Part shown: positions 25,520 through 39,659 of the stretch, piece by piece
Layout: each line of letters begins with the position of its first letter
How positions within the stretch are numbered: the first letter of the stretch is position 1
Assembly (NCBI GenBank): GCA_000165425.1
Contig: CT868574.1
Location: forward strand, 1-64,000
DNA from: Paramecium tetraurelia
Taxonomy: Eukaryota
Reading direction: 5' to 3'
Length of the DNA: 64,000 nt
Position numbers and translations under genes: made by a program
The notes under the pieces: model-generated
What the model saw: only the letters and a program-made list of their open reading frames with translations
Database searches by the model: none
Told to the model about the DNA's origin: nothing

Positions 25520-26132
25520 TCATAGCTTCTTAGACTTCGCTATTAACCAATCGACCACTTACGTTATATTATTTCCAGTCAAAGCACTGCACATAGCAAC
25601 TGCCCATCCATTAGATGTTATGTAATCCAAATTTAGACCTTTAATTCTAACCAATAAAGTACCTTCTATCAATTGCTTTTCATTCAAATGTGGATTTACA
25701 TCTATTTTATTTCCAATCACTAAAAGTGGAATATTACGCAGGGATTTATTATCTAATAGATTATGCAATTCTTTCTTTGATGTTCCAAGCGTTGCTTGCT
25801 TTATCTGTAATATATAATACTTACATTTGAAGTATCAACAAGAAATATTATTGCATCACAACCCTGAGCATAATTACCCCATTCTGGTCGATATTAAACT
25901 TATCCTCCAATGTCCCATATCTTTTAATCGTTTTTATTCATACTTTCATTGTCACTCCTCCTTTTTTCACAGTCTTTACATTCAATCCTACTGTGGGCAC
26001 AGTGAACGAAGGATCACCCATTGAAAGTTAATTAAGCATTGTTGTCTTTCCTACATTTTCCAATCCAACCATACATACTTCAAGTTTGGATGTCGAAAAA
26101 AAGTTTTTTAGTTTCTCGAATAAATTGCCCAT
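25520..26132 (-). CDS. Arf-like small GTPase (ARL8-like)
   Basis: GLENVGKTT, PTVGLN, WDIGGQ, GNKID, CSA motifs. Three tiny introns. Confidence 0.9.
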
Positions 26133-26424
26133 AAGAGATTAATTTATAAATAAACCAATATTTCATTAAAATAACAAAATTCATTCATATTCCATTCTGA
26201 TAATTTAGAGGTTTATTACCAATCCATATGAAGGAGGCAAAGAATTCTTTACATATAATATAGAATTAACGATAAGTTCCAAATTATATGACTCGAAATA
26301 ATTATTAAAATACATTTTCTAATTTCATATAAACAGTTCATTCTCAAACAGATATACAAGGAGATTATTGATTTGATATCCATTCTCAGAAAAGATTTTA
26401 ATAAATTATAATTCATTTAAATTA

Positions 26425-27115
26425 ATGAATGTGTTTTATTAATTAAATTTAGTCCTCTATGAAGAACAACATTTTAACTACTTCTGATAGCAACCCCATC
26501 TCTAGAAGAAAACACTCTCATCCTTTAACAACCACACGACTTAATTCCTCTTAAGCACAAATAGTCCCAACAATCTATAAGACACCAGAAAAGTCAAGAA
26601 TATTTAGATAAAAGACTCCATCAACCAAAACAAAAGTAAAAACTTAGAATCATGAAAACAAAGAGAATGATAATAGTACAATCAATAAAAATAGTTCTTC
26701 ATTGAAATCTAATAGATAAGCTGAAGAAAAACAACCCAGCAATTTAATGAAGTAAATAAATTTAAAACTTAACTAAAAATCAGTATCAGTTCCAGATATT
26801 TTAGAAGACATGAAAGAGGACAATTAAACCAATTCGTTAGGTTTAACTTACTTTTAAAGAGCATTTGCATAAAATAGAGTCATTAAAATTCAAGACCTAT
26901 TTAGTTAAAATTAAATCACTATAAGAGAATTGGAAAGAAATTGGGAAGCTCAAATTACTCAAGAATCTGAATTACTCAAATCCATTCAGCATCATGAGAA
27001 TTTTCAATACAGCAAAAATGATTCCAAAGAGAATTTATTAAGCTCTTTGATCCAAATAGAAAATTCAACTGGCCTTTAACCTTAAATCTATGTTATTGAT
27101 TTAGCATTATTATGA
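26425..27115 (+). CDS. Hypothetical low-complexity protein (~220 aa)
   Basis: Open frame to TGA 27113-27115. A 22-nt intron follows MN at the start. Confidence 0.6.
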
Positions 27116-27148
27116 TATTATGAAAATTCTATGATATTATGAAAATTC
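27111..27148. repeat. 19-bp tandem duplication TATGATATTATGAAAATTC x2
   Basis: Exact direct repeat overlapping the stop codon of the upstream gene. Confidence 0.85.
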
Positions 27149-27329
27149 TATACACAATTTATAAGACTTTCCTAAACAAAAATACCCTTAATAATATAAT
27201 TAGATTAGTTATTATATTGATTAAGTGAATGATTCAATTATAAAATTCTAATTTATTTTCTATTATTTCTAATACATTCAAAATATTGTAGTTTAAAACA
27301 CTTTTTCAATAAATTTTTAATATTCCCAC

Positions 27330-28387
27330 GAACAATGACTAGATTTCAACTAATTTGAAGGAGACTAAGCAACAGGCACATTATTGTTTAATTTTATTTA
27401 AAGAAGTTACTAAATCTTACAAATTCAACTTCTAAATTTTAAATCTAAGTATTATAGGTATTAATGTCTTCAATTCCATAAAAAATACTTTGCTGTGAAT
27501 TTATCTTCAATTTCGAGATTGATTGAAGCATCCTCAAAGAATTTATTCAATCCATAACCTAAACTACTTTCATAAATATAAAGCAGTCTCTCTGGAGGCT
27601 CATAGGCTTATATATAATCTCCCTTTAATCTGTAGTACTCACTAACATCAAATTAGGCCTCGCAATGAGAGGGATTCATTTATAAGAAATTAAATATAGC
27701 TTAAGGATCATAGAAACCTTCAACAATTGTGTATTCCTATTAAAGCCTTTCGTATTATTAAGACGCAACCAAGAAAAATATTTGCAAACCTTAATCATTT
27801 AAATTTCCAAATTTGACATTAAATTTATCAGCCAATTGTATATTAACATCTGGATTATAAGTGAGGTAGGATTATTTGACATTTTTGTGTCCTTTCTTTT
27901 ATTGACCACCTGCAATTTTAGCATTTTTTAAGTGTTATTACAATTCTTTATTGTAGTTTAATCTCTTGATATTAATTGCCAGAGGTCCATTTTCTTATGA
28001 TTCTTAAAATTATATTAATTATTATTAGTGTTGTTATTGAGTTAATTCTGCTTAAACCTTACCAAGAAATTCGAAATCATCATCTTGATTTTTTTAAGGG
28101 TATTAAGTTGCTTCTCATTGCTATTTTTTTCTTTCTTCTTTTTATGTTTCTAATTTTGGTTGGATTGATCGTTTTATTGCTATATTGTTTAGTTCGATTC
28201 TTGTGTTTGAGTTTCTTCATTTTTTTATTCAGGTTGCTATTCATCATCTGAATCTGACATTTCCATCATTTAAAATACTTATTTTATTTTTTCTATTGTT
28301 CTATTTGATGAACCTGTTTAACCAATTATTCATCCACAACTTCTTTAGGTTAATTTTACTCCATAAGCTTTTCATCTATCTCCTCAT
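27330..28387 (-). pseudogene. TCF25/Rqc1 (Nulp1)-like pseudogene
   Basis: LAINIKRLNYNKEL and YDPQAIFNFLQMNPSHCEAQFDVSEYYRLKGDYIQAYEPPERLLYIYE resemble the TCF25 core. Several frameshifts and early termination. Confidence 0.6.
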
Positions 28388-29021
28388 TTTATTCTTTTAT
28401 AATTATGTATTAAAATATAGTCATTTTTATGAGAATTCTAAGTTTGGGTTCAAATTTCACCTTGATTTTAGGTTATTCTGTCATGAAATGTCCTTTACAT
28501 CCAATTCTAGTTTAGATAAGAAATACATTCATTATTAATTTAAAATATATAATAAGCTTACCATGATTTCATAAAATTGGAATAGTATATTAACATGAAG
28601 CATTATCAATTTGTCATATAATTTTTAAACGACTCATCGTAACGTTGAATTCAATTGAAATGGTAGATTCTTAAAATACTTGTTATTGTATTCAACCAAA
28701 CATAGATGTAATTTTATTGTTGCTGAATATGTGTAAGAATCAATTAACAACTATGATGGCTTATCACTAATCATTTAAATCATAATAAAATTATTAATTG
28801 ATAAATATTAATTCTTATCTGATAGAATAGATCTAATTTTAGAATCTAAATAATGCCCAATTTAACAAGAATGCTTAAAGGCCAGAACTCAAAAATTAAA
28901 CAAAACTATAATAATTCATTTACTATAATTAAAATCATCAAAACTCATAGAGTTTATCAATTAATATTCAATTTGTCAATTATTTTTAAAGTATAAAAAA
29001 GTTTCAAATCTAATTAAAAAA

Positions 29022-30217
29022 TCATGAAAATGAAATTAGACTTCTTCCGATCTAAACTTCCATTCCTCTCTATATTTACATCCTTTCAGATCTTATTAAA
29101 TTCAAGGTTCCAAATTTTGAGTGATTATCAAAAAGATACACTTTTTTATCAATAATAACTAATTTAGCATGATTTCGACTGACCGATATATCATTTATTA
29201 TTATGTCAGCATCATTTGACCTACCAACTCTTAATTCTGATACATTTTAAAACTTCAAAATATAAACTCCAGAATTTTTGTGGCAATCTAACTGTTATCC
29301 CTATTAATAGTTATAGGATTTAAATACTTATTTTTTCTTAAATTCCATCATCAAATAAGGGTAATCATTGGGTTTACATAATTCTACTAAATCGTAATAT
29401 GTATCATCACTCTTAAACTTTGAAGGATAATTATATTTGCATAACTCACACTCCAAGTTCTTCCATAAATAAACTAAGCAATTATCACTTTGTCGACTTT
29501 CTAACTTCATCCTCAACCATATTTTTAAGCATTCCAAATGTACATACTTAATTGATCCACTGCACATGCAGGGATTCAAAAGAGGGTTGTTGGAACTATT
29601 TTAAGAGGAGCAACAAATTCTGCAAGTAATTTAATCGGGTGAAATTGATTCCGATGATTCATAATCACATCTTTATTCTTAAGCCTTAACCTCTAATGCA
29701 ATCAAGCGAATAGAAAATTTCACTCTTCCCAATTTAATAACATCCCCTTCCTACAACAGCATCCCACCTTCATGAATCACATTCCAAACCCTCTTCCCAA
29801 TTTTCTCAAATCCAGTTCTTTGAATTTATATTATTATTACTTGTTTATAATCGTATTGGTCTCTTCATATTTTTAGATTGCTTAATTCTTGTAATTTTTT
29901 TTAAGATTTGGAATTATTAGAAAATAATTTTCATTTCTTTTCTTTATTTTACAAAGTTGATTCACAACTAGTTATTTGGTCTCTACCCATTCTAAATTAT
30001 TTCTACCAACTAAATAGCCTTCGTTGCTTATCTAAAGGAGTAATTTATAAATTATTACTGCAAATTTTTACTCATCTATATTGGCTGCATTTTCGTAATC
30101 GAACAATTAATAGACGTCCTTCTACCAAGTTTTTACTATAATTATTAATCTTGTGCAATCAACATTATTGGATGAACTTAGACTCATTTAATCACATTAA
30201 CTTTTACAATTTCCCAT
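29022..30217 (-). CDS. FHA-like / RINGv (MARCH-type) / FHA E3 ligase
   Basis: LQEGDVIKLGRVKF, RINGv CRICC...PCMCSGSIKYVHLECLKIW...CELCK, and FHA VGRSNDADIIINDISVSRNHA...DNHSKFGTL. MGNC N-terminus. Confidence 0.9.
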
Positions 30218-30532
30218 ATTAATATTATTAAATTATATGATTTTTGATCAAATTTAATTTAGGTCTCATCACTAATTTTTGTTCCCGATCTAATTCAAAG
30301 AACAAACCAAATTCTAATGTAAAATAATTTATAAGAACTTTGTAAACTTTTTTTTGCTGTGTGATATTTTTCTGATCGAAATTAATTTCCTTTATCCTCA
30401 GTTTCCTATCAAACATATTTATTGTTTATACAGAATGGATGAGTAGAGTGAATTTAGATAATCCTATATGTTAAGAATTAATTAAGTAAAATATTTTCTA
30501 TTATATTTTACATAATTAATCGTTAAATTTGA

Positions 30533-32420
30533 ATGGAAAATAATGAATAAGAAGATTGTATTTAGTTAAAGAAAAATGTAAATCCATCAGAAATATGATT
30601 AGTTTCTAATTAAGGAACATGAATGGAAAAAAGATAAAGCTCTGTATGAATAAAAGATATAATTATTGGAATTACAATTAGAGGATTACAAAACAAGAGA
30701 AATAAATTAAAAGAAGCTGAATGATACCATAACTCAGGCAATAGATATATCTGGTAAAACATAAGTATGATTTCATCATTAAATTTTAAAGCAAAAAAGT
30801 TATTCTGAATTTCAAAAATCAATGGAAGTATAATTCTCCAATAATAAAAAATATTAAGAGTGTGTAACCAAATTAGAAGAGAAAGTAAACATTATTTATA
30901 ATGTCTAGCTTAGATATTTAAATGAATAATTAAACGATAAAGAAAATTAATTAAAAGATCTTGAAATATTATAATAAAAATAGCAATTTATGAATGAACA
31001 CAAAATCTAAACTTTAGAGCAGGATAAATAGTACTTGAATTAGGAAGTCAATACATTAAAAGATCAATTGCAAAAACTAGAAGAAAACTACAAATCTAAA
31101 GAGTAATTACTAAAATTACAGTGCGAGTAGGAGATATAAAAAATTAAAGATAATTCCTTTAAAGATATGTAGGAGAAATAATCAGACTACGATTAAAGAT
31201 ACCAATAGTTGGCTTAGCTATATGAAAAAGAAAAGGATCAATTACAATAAAGACTATTAAAAAGTTAAAATACAATTAAAAAATATTAAGATCATATCGA
31301 ATCTAACTAAGAGAATTAGCAAATGCAATAAAAATATGAAGATGAAATAGCTTAATTAAAATAGTAGATTGAGGAATAACAGATATCTTTTCAATAAGAA
31401 AGAAGTGCTTTGAAAAAATAATTGGAAGATTAAATAAAGTAAAGTTACTATTTATTATTATTAGCACTTAAAATAATTGTGATGCTAATTCAAAAAAGAA
31501 AAGTGTTGAGGTCGTAAAATTAAGAAATTCAATGATTTCTCAAGATAGTCCTATTTAATGCAAGAGCATACATATTCCCTAACCTGAAAGCAAGTAGACA
31601 ATATAGTAATCTAAAAGCTAAACAAATACTTTCAACAAATCAAATGAAAAATAAAAATAATAAATTTTTAAAAATAACCTGTCTTTTGATAAAATAAAGC
31701 CTAATAATTAAGATACTATACCAATATCAATTGATGAATATAATATTAAGATGACCAAAAAGTCAAAATCACAGTCCACTAATTCGTTACAACAAAATCA
31801 TAATATAAACTAATATTTGTAAGAGGCTTGTATCTTTTAAGAGGAAATGGAGAATGGAGAGGAATTTATAAAACATAAGATGTCACATTAACTGACTACA
31901 AGATACAGCAATGAATTAGAATAAATGAGATCATATTCATAGTAAGGAGTCACTAAAAACCCTTTGTAATCAGCAGCCAATCTTAGTAAAATGTTAGGAT
32001 AGCATGATTATTGTAATTTAAAGTAAGGCACTTAACTGTCAACTCAATCAAAGACTCATAATAATACATCATTCTCACATTTTAAAGTGCCTGCATTTAC
32101 TTAAAGTTAATTGAATAATTTGAAACACAGTTTATATCAACAACCATGGACAACTCTAAGGAATAATGACTCCCATAGCAATCATATTGAGTCTATTAAA
32201 GCAAGATATAATGCCTAGGAGGATTCCATATAAAACGATTCTGTCACTTAAAAAAATGTAATATTTTTAATAGCAGTAGAATAAAGAGAATCAATATCCT
32301 CCAAAAAGTGTGCATATCAATAATGAGATTAAATTTTTAATAGGCAAATTGTTATAGGCTAAAGGCAGATTGCAATCTGAACTGGAGAACACCTAAAAGT
32401 CATGCCGATTTAGGACTTGA
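30533..32420 (+). CDS. Coiled-coil protein with low-complexity C-terminus
   Basis: Long Glu/Gln/Lys-rich open frame (HEWKKDKALYEQKIQLLELQLEDYKTRE...) with three tiny introns. TGA at 32418-32420. Confidence 0.7.
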
Positions 32421-32509
32421 ATCAATGAGTTAAAGAAGATAATTTACTATATATATAATGCAAATTCAATTCTTATTACATAGATAGCAAAAACACTAAG
32501 ATAAGAAAA

Positions 32510-32908
32510 TCATTTCTTTTCCAAAGCTTGTTTGAATTTATCTTCAATTATGTCGCAAATTTGTGATAAGCATTTTAATCCATCATTCATGACTTTCTCT
32601 TTTGTCTCATTCACTGTCTACAATCTCATATTCATCTTATTTTCACTAGGATGAGGTAAACTGTATCCACAAAATTCAACGTTTGGTTAATTTGCTAAAA
32701 TGTAACGTAAGGAATTTCCTAGTGTATGATCTTCATCAAAAAACACAAAGGTTCCATTAAATGGATCTGAGTTTTCCTGTTTAACATAGATATAAATAAT
32801 AAGTACTTGAATTTCCATTCCTTTGTTGGCTTATGCAAGTATGATAGGCTTGCTCAATTCTTCTTCTTCAATATTAATTTCTTGGTCTTCTGATTCACTA
32901 GAATTCAT
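32510..32908 (-). CDS. RPC19: RNA polymerase I/III shared subunit AC19
   Basis: [46 protein letters not shown]. One 30-nt intron. Confidence 0.93.
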
Positions 32909-32964
32909 ATATTAATTTTTATTATTAGATTAATTATTTTTCCATCAACTCATATATTATAATA

Positions 32965-33599
32965 ATGTCAGAGGGAATATTTGTATCTATTATGTTGCCT
33001 GCTTTTGTAGTGAAAAACGAAAATTAAATTGTATACATACTTACTATTTGACAAAGAATTAACTCTTAAAATAACTACTTTGCATCTCCTCTTAATCGTA
33101 TGAAATATTTGAAATACCATCTAAGTTTGGCAAGGAATTTGGAGTTAAATTGATACAAAATTGTAATATTATCTGCAACATAAATTAGCATTAAATCTTC
33201 GAGATATTGAAGAATTGATAGAAGAAAATAAATAGCTTCATGCATCTTATCAAAAATGTAAAGAATCCTTGTAAACTCTTAATTGTGAATTCGAAAAAAT
33301 AGTAAATGATCCCCTAATTCAATCAGAATCTGACAAAATACAATATCAAACTAAAAAACTCAAAAAAGTGAAGGAGGAAAATAAAAGACTTCGATAACTT
33401 TTAAAGTGCTACTTTTATGAGTATTTAGATCCTATCTTGACAACAGTGACAATAGAAGAATGGAGACACATGCAAAAGTAGAGTTGCTTAAGGAGGAACT
33501 TCATTCATTAGTAAAAGTAAAATTTACTATCGTTATCATAAGGAGTTTGCTGAGCAAGAACAACAAAAGAAATAAAATGATATTTTAATATCAAATTGA
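32965..33599 (+). CDS. Hypothetical coiled-coil protein
   Basis: Four canonical tiny introns give a continuous frame from ATG 32965 to TGA 33597-33599. Confidence 0.7.
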
Positions 33600-33696
33600 T
33601 TTAGAGTATACAATTGAATCTTTTCTTTTTTGATTCATTTGAATATTATCGTCATATTTTCTCAATTTATTGTCTAAAATATTTAAAAATAACGAA

Positions 33697-35456
<1,760 letters not shown>

Positions 35457-35711
35457 TTTTATTATTTACATTTATGATAAAGGTTGGACATATGGTAAAT
35501 ACTTTGATTCATCTCTTTGGAATATATTTTAAATAATTTAAATTCATGATAGGTTATCATTCTATATCAAATAGATTAAAATAAAAAATCAAAGAAAAAC
35601 AAATATAGAAACTTAATTTTCTAAAAAAGAATAAAATTTATAAAATGAATAATAATCTAAGGGCAATGTTTTAAAAAATAACAAAATAAATTTTATACTC
35701 TTTCATGTTTT

Positions 35712-36452
35712 TCATTTTAAATTATTGATTTCAGACACAAGATCATATTCCCCATTCAACAATCTATTTCTGAATTCAGCGTTTCTATCAATCTATTTAA
35801 CAGCTGATTTAACTTTATCCATATAGTTCTAAACTGATTTTTTGTTAAGATCATAAATGGTTTGTTCAATCTTTTTTGACCATTCCGCCTCTTCTTTTCC
35901 AGTCTACTGTAAGAAGTATTTCTTTAATCCTTCAACCGCCTTTTTTCTTTTATCATCATCAACAGATTCGGCATTCCCATTTTAACTATCATTGTTTTAT
36001 TATTTGGCATTATGAGAGGTTCCATTTTTATGCTAAATTGGTTTGATTTCCTTTTTCTCTTGTTCTAATCTGACTTTTTTTTAGATAATAGGCTCTTCTC
36101 GTTTAATATCTTTTTATCTTTATTCAGTTTTCTGCACATCTTTCTTAGACTCGCGTTTATTGATATCATCTGTAAAGGCTTGCTAATTTGATAATATTAA
36201 TTGTTTCCAAGATTTCACTAGTTTTCTACATATTTTAATTGCCTTAGAATATTTCTCCTCGTCTTCTTCTGTGTATTTTTTCTATCCTATGCGTACAATG
36301 CTTTTTGTTATCTCACTTTCAATTAATGCTTAAGTATCGATATTACTCTTATAAATCTAAGCAATTAATTTATAAGATTTTGAAATTTGGGCTGAAGAAA
36401 ATTTTTTGAGTTCCGATTTAATTTCGGATAACTATTATGCATTTAACTTCAT
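35712..36452 (-). CDS. TFIIS-like protein (domain I + domain II, no zinc ribbon), 246 aa
   Basis: LW-type motif CRKLVKSWKQLI. Central domain RKKAVEGLKKYF...KKIEQTIYD...YMDKVKS...NAEFRNRLLNGE. Stop follows immediately. Intronless. Confidence 0.65.
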
Positions 36453-37039
36453 TAAATTAAATATTTATTTCATTTCATTGTAAAAAACTAAGTATAAATA
36501 TACGTGTTATAATAATAATTTTATGAAAAAAAATACTCTTTTACGAAAAAAAGTAACATTATTCTTCAAAGAGAATTTAGAAGAAGAAACATTTTTAAAT
36601 AAGATAAGTTACTAAATTTAGTACAAAAGTTGAAACATGTCACCTTAAACATAAAGACTTATCTCAAGAATGAAAAGGCATCACAAATGATTATGACAAA
36701 TCTGACGATATACTAAAAAAGAACAATAAAATGAATTGGCAATTTAAATACTAATTAATATTCTAGAGTTATCATCCTGATTGAATACTTGTTGTCTGAT
36801 TATTGTGATGATTTTTATACTAAATAGATAATATATAATACAATACAAATTTCAATAATATAAAAAACTTGTGAAGAAATATAATTATACATTCATGTGT
36901 AAGTAATATTACTTTTTGATTAAGTTTGAAAGAATAGTATAGATACATCTACAAACTAAAAAAAGAATGATTTTTATAAATAATTTAAAGCATCCATCCT
37001 AAAATTCATGAATCCTTTATATAAAAATCATAATTAAAT

Positions 37040-37758
37040 ATGTTTAAATTAATTCAAAGAGCTTGCTTCAGATATGCAGTTGCTAGCAGCAAGGCTGAGG
37101 CAGAAATAAAATCAGTAGCAGGTATTTAGCATTGAAAAGTTTAGGACATAAACCACCCTCTTTTGAAGATACTGTCTAAGGAAAATATGCTGGAGTGCTT
37201 TTCTCTACTGCATCCTAAAGGGAAGCTCTTCATTTGGTGCTTTAGGACATGAAGTACTTCAAGGAATTGGCTGAAAAGAGTCCAGTATTCGCAGGCTTCT
37301 TATTAAACTCTGCATATAAGAGAAATCAATAAAGAAATGTTATATAAGCATTAACAAAAGTAAAGAGATTTTTATATATGTGTAGGAAGGATTCCATGAG
37401 GTCACAGTAAATTTGTTAAATACTATGATTGACAGTCAAAGAATTTCATATTTGAGTAAGACTGCTGAGAAATATATCGAATATTATAGAATCTTTAACA
37501 AAGAAGAAAATATTACAATAATATCAGCAGAAACATTATCGGAAGAACAAAGGTATGCAAGTATGCAAATGATGTAGAGCCCAAGTTGTTGGAGCCTTGA
37601 AGGAATCCAGTCCTAATGTTCAATTCTCTGTTTAATATAAAGTTGACCCATCCATTTTGGGAGGTTTATAAATGTATTCTGGCAACAAATTCTTGGATTG
37701 TTCATTATTGTCAAGAGTTAATAAATTGAGATCAGAGTTGCAGAAGTTGAGCATTTGA
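37040..37758 (+). CDS. ATP5PO: Mitochondrial ATP synthase OSCP (F1 delta family)
   Basis: GKYAGVLFSTA, ITIISAETLS, KVDPSILGGL, FLDCSLLSRV. Presequence-like N-terminus. Three introns. Confidence 0.9.
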
Positions 37759-37802
37759 TTAAGAATAAACAATAAAATAATAAATATATTATTAATAAAA
37801 AC

Positions 37803-39581
37803 ATGGACAGTCTAAAGGATCCCGCAAATGACAGATAAGTAAAAACACTGAAGCCACCTCCTCATCGTCCATTGGCTAAAAATTTGATGTTTCCTGATAA
37901 ATTAAAGAGTATGACAATTGAGTAAAATTAATTAGATAAACCTGATTGGAAGTTATTGAAGGATCATCTTTAAAAAGAGGGAAGAGTCGCAAAGGAGGAA
38001 TTATTCAAATTGGTCGCAGATTGCAATAAATTATTGAGTAATTTGATAAAATGATTATTAGAAAATGAAGGAAATGTACTTTATTTGTAAGATCCACTTA
38101 CTGTAGTAGGTGATATTCATGGGTATTTATATTATTAAATGAAGACAATATTATGATTTGTTAAAACTACTTGAACCAAAGGTTGGAGGAAATCCTGAAA
38201 CGACAAAGTAAAAGAATGTTTTCAATAATTAAGATATTTATTTCTCGGAGATTTTGTTGATAGAGGATCATATTCAATTGAAGTAGTGATTTTACTTTAT
38301 GCAATAAAAATAAATTATCCAAATACTGTATACTTTTTACGTGGCAATCATGAGTGCCGATAACTGACTGCTTTTTTCAATTTCAAAGATGAATGTACAT
38401 TTAATGTAAGCTTTAGGTTTGTATAAATATGATTAAGAAACTTATGAGATGCTTATGGATTCTTTTGATTTGTTTCCATTATCATGCATAATAAATTCAA
38501 AATTCATAGCTGTTCATGGTGGTATATCACCAGATTTAAAATCTGTAACTCATTTTACCAACATAAAAGATAGAAGACTTAAAAAAATTAGACAGATATC
38601 ATGAACCACCAAGAAGTGGTTTATTTTGTGATCTTCTGTGGAGTGATCCTGTGGATTAAGATTAAGGCAATTTGGATGGACAATGGAAAGGAAACGAAGT
38701 CAGAGGATGCAGTTGGTTTTTTGGAAATGAAGCTAGTAATAAATTTCTATAAAGAAACAATCTAATAAGTATAATAAGAGCTCATGAGGTTCAATATATT
38801 ATTAAACTCGTAGGCACAACTTGATGGCTACAAGATGCACAGATGGAATGGAGGCCAAGATTTCCCAGTTGTTATTACAATATTTAGTGCTCCAAATTAT
38901 TGTGATGTTTATAATAATAGAGGTGCTGTTATTAAATTTGAAGTAAATCCGATTTATTAAATTTAGAATAATACTCTGAATATTCAACAATTTTAGTATA
39001 CTCCTCACCCATATTTACTGCCAAATTTTATGGATATTTTTACTTGGTCCATTCCATTTGTAGCTGAAAAAATCACAGAAATGTTATATAATTTAATTTA
39101 AGCAGGAGATTAAGGAGACGATGATGAGGATATCAATTAAGAAGATATTGAACAATTTAAAATATTAACCTAATAAAATAAATAATTCAGTAAGCAACAA
39201 TCTACTGGAAGCACTGGAAGCACAGGAAAAAGTAAGTGTAATTTTAATACAAGGCACTGAGAAATTTAAAAAAAGCAAATTAAAGTTTGTAGCAACAATG
39301 ATGAAGATGCAAAAAACACTAAGGGAACAAAAGTGAAAGTATTATGAAATTAAAAGGTGCTTGTCCTGATAAAAGATTACCTAAGGGAATATTATCAGCT
39401 GGTAAAACTGCAATTACTGATGGTATCCAATCTGGTTCTAAATTTCTTAGCTCTTGCTGATTTTAATATCGCAAAAACTGCTGACATAGTTAATGAGAAA
39501 ATGCCATCACAAGCTTAAATTCCTCAACAATCTGTATCAATAAAGAAACCTAGTAATACTGTCTAAAGTAAGAAGAAATGA
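37803..39581 (+). CDS. Calcineurin (PP2B) catalytic subunit A; apparent +1 frameshift at 39329-39332
   Basis: VGDIHG, GDFVDRG, RGNHEC, SAPNYC, B-subunit helix [27 protein letters not shown], CaM-binding segment, and autoinhibitory DIVNEKMP in the +1 frame. Confidence 0.93.
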
Positions 39582-39659
39582 GATGTTTTCTAGGAAATAT
39601 ATATAAAATATACAAATATTCATTGTTTATACCAAATAATTTTAATAAATAAAATTATA

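Noticed and set aside
27976..28538. Hydrophobic plus-strand ORFs in the supplied track (also 30610-30822, 1801-2004, 54368-54640)
   Set aside because: These are antisense shadows of Lys/Glu/Gln-rich or AT-rich sequence under the wrong genetic code.
36523..36920. Possible small gene divergent from the TFIIS-like gene
   Set aside because: No intron combination I tried gave a continuous frame. It may be a relic.
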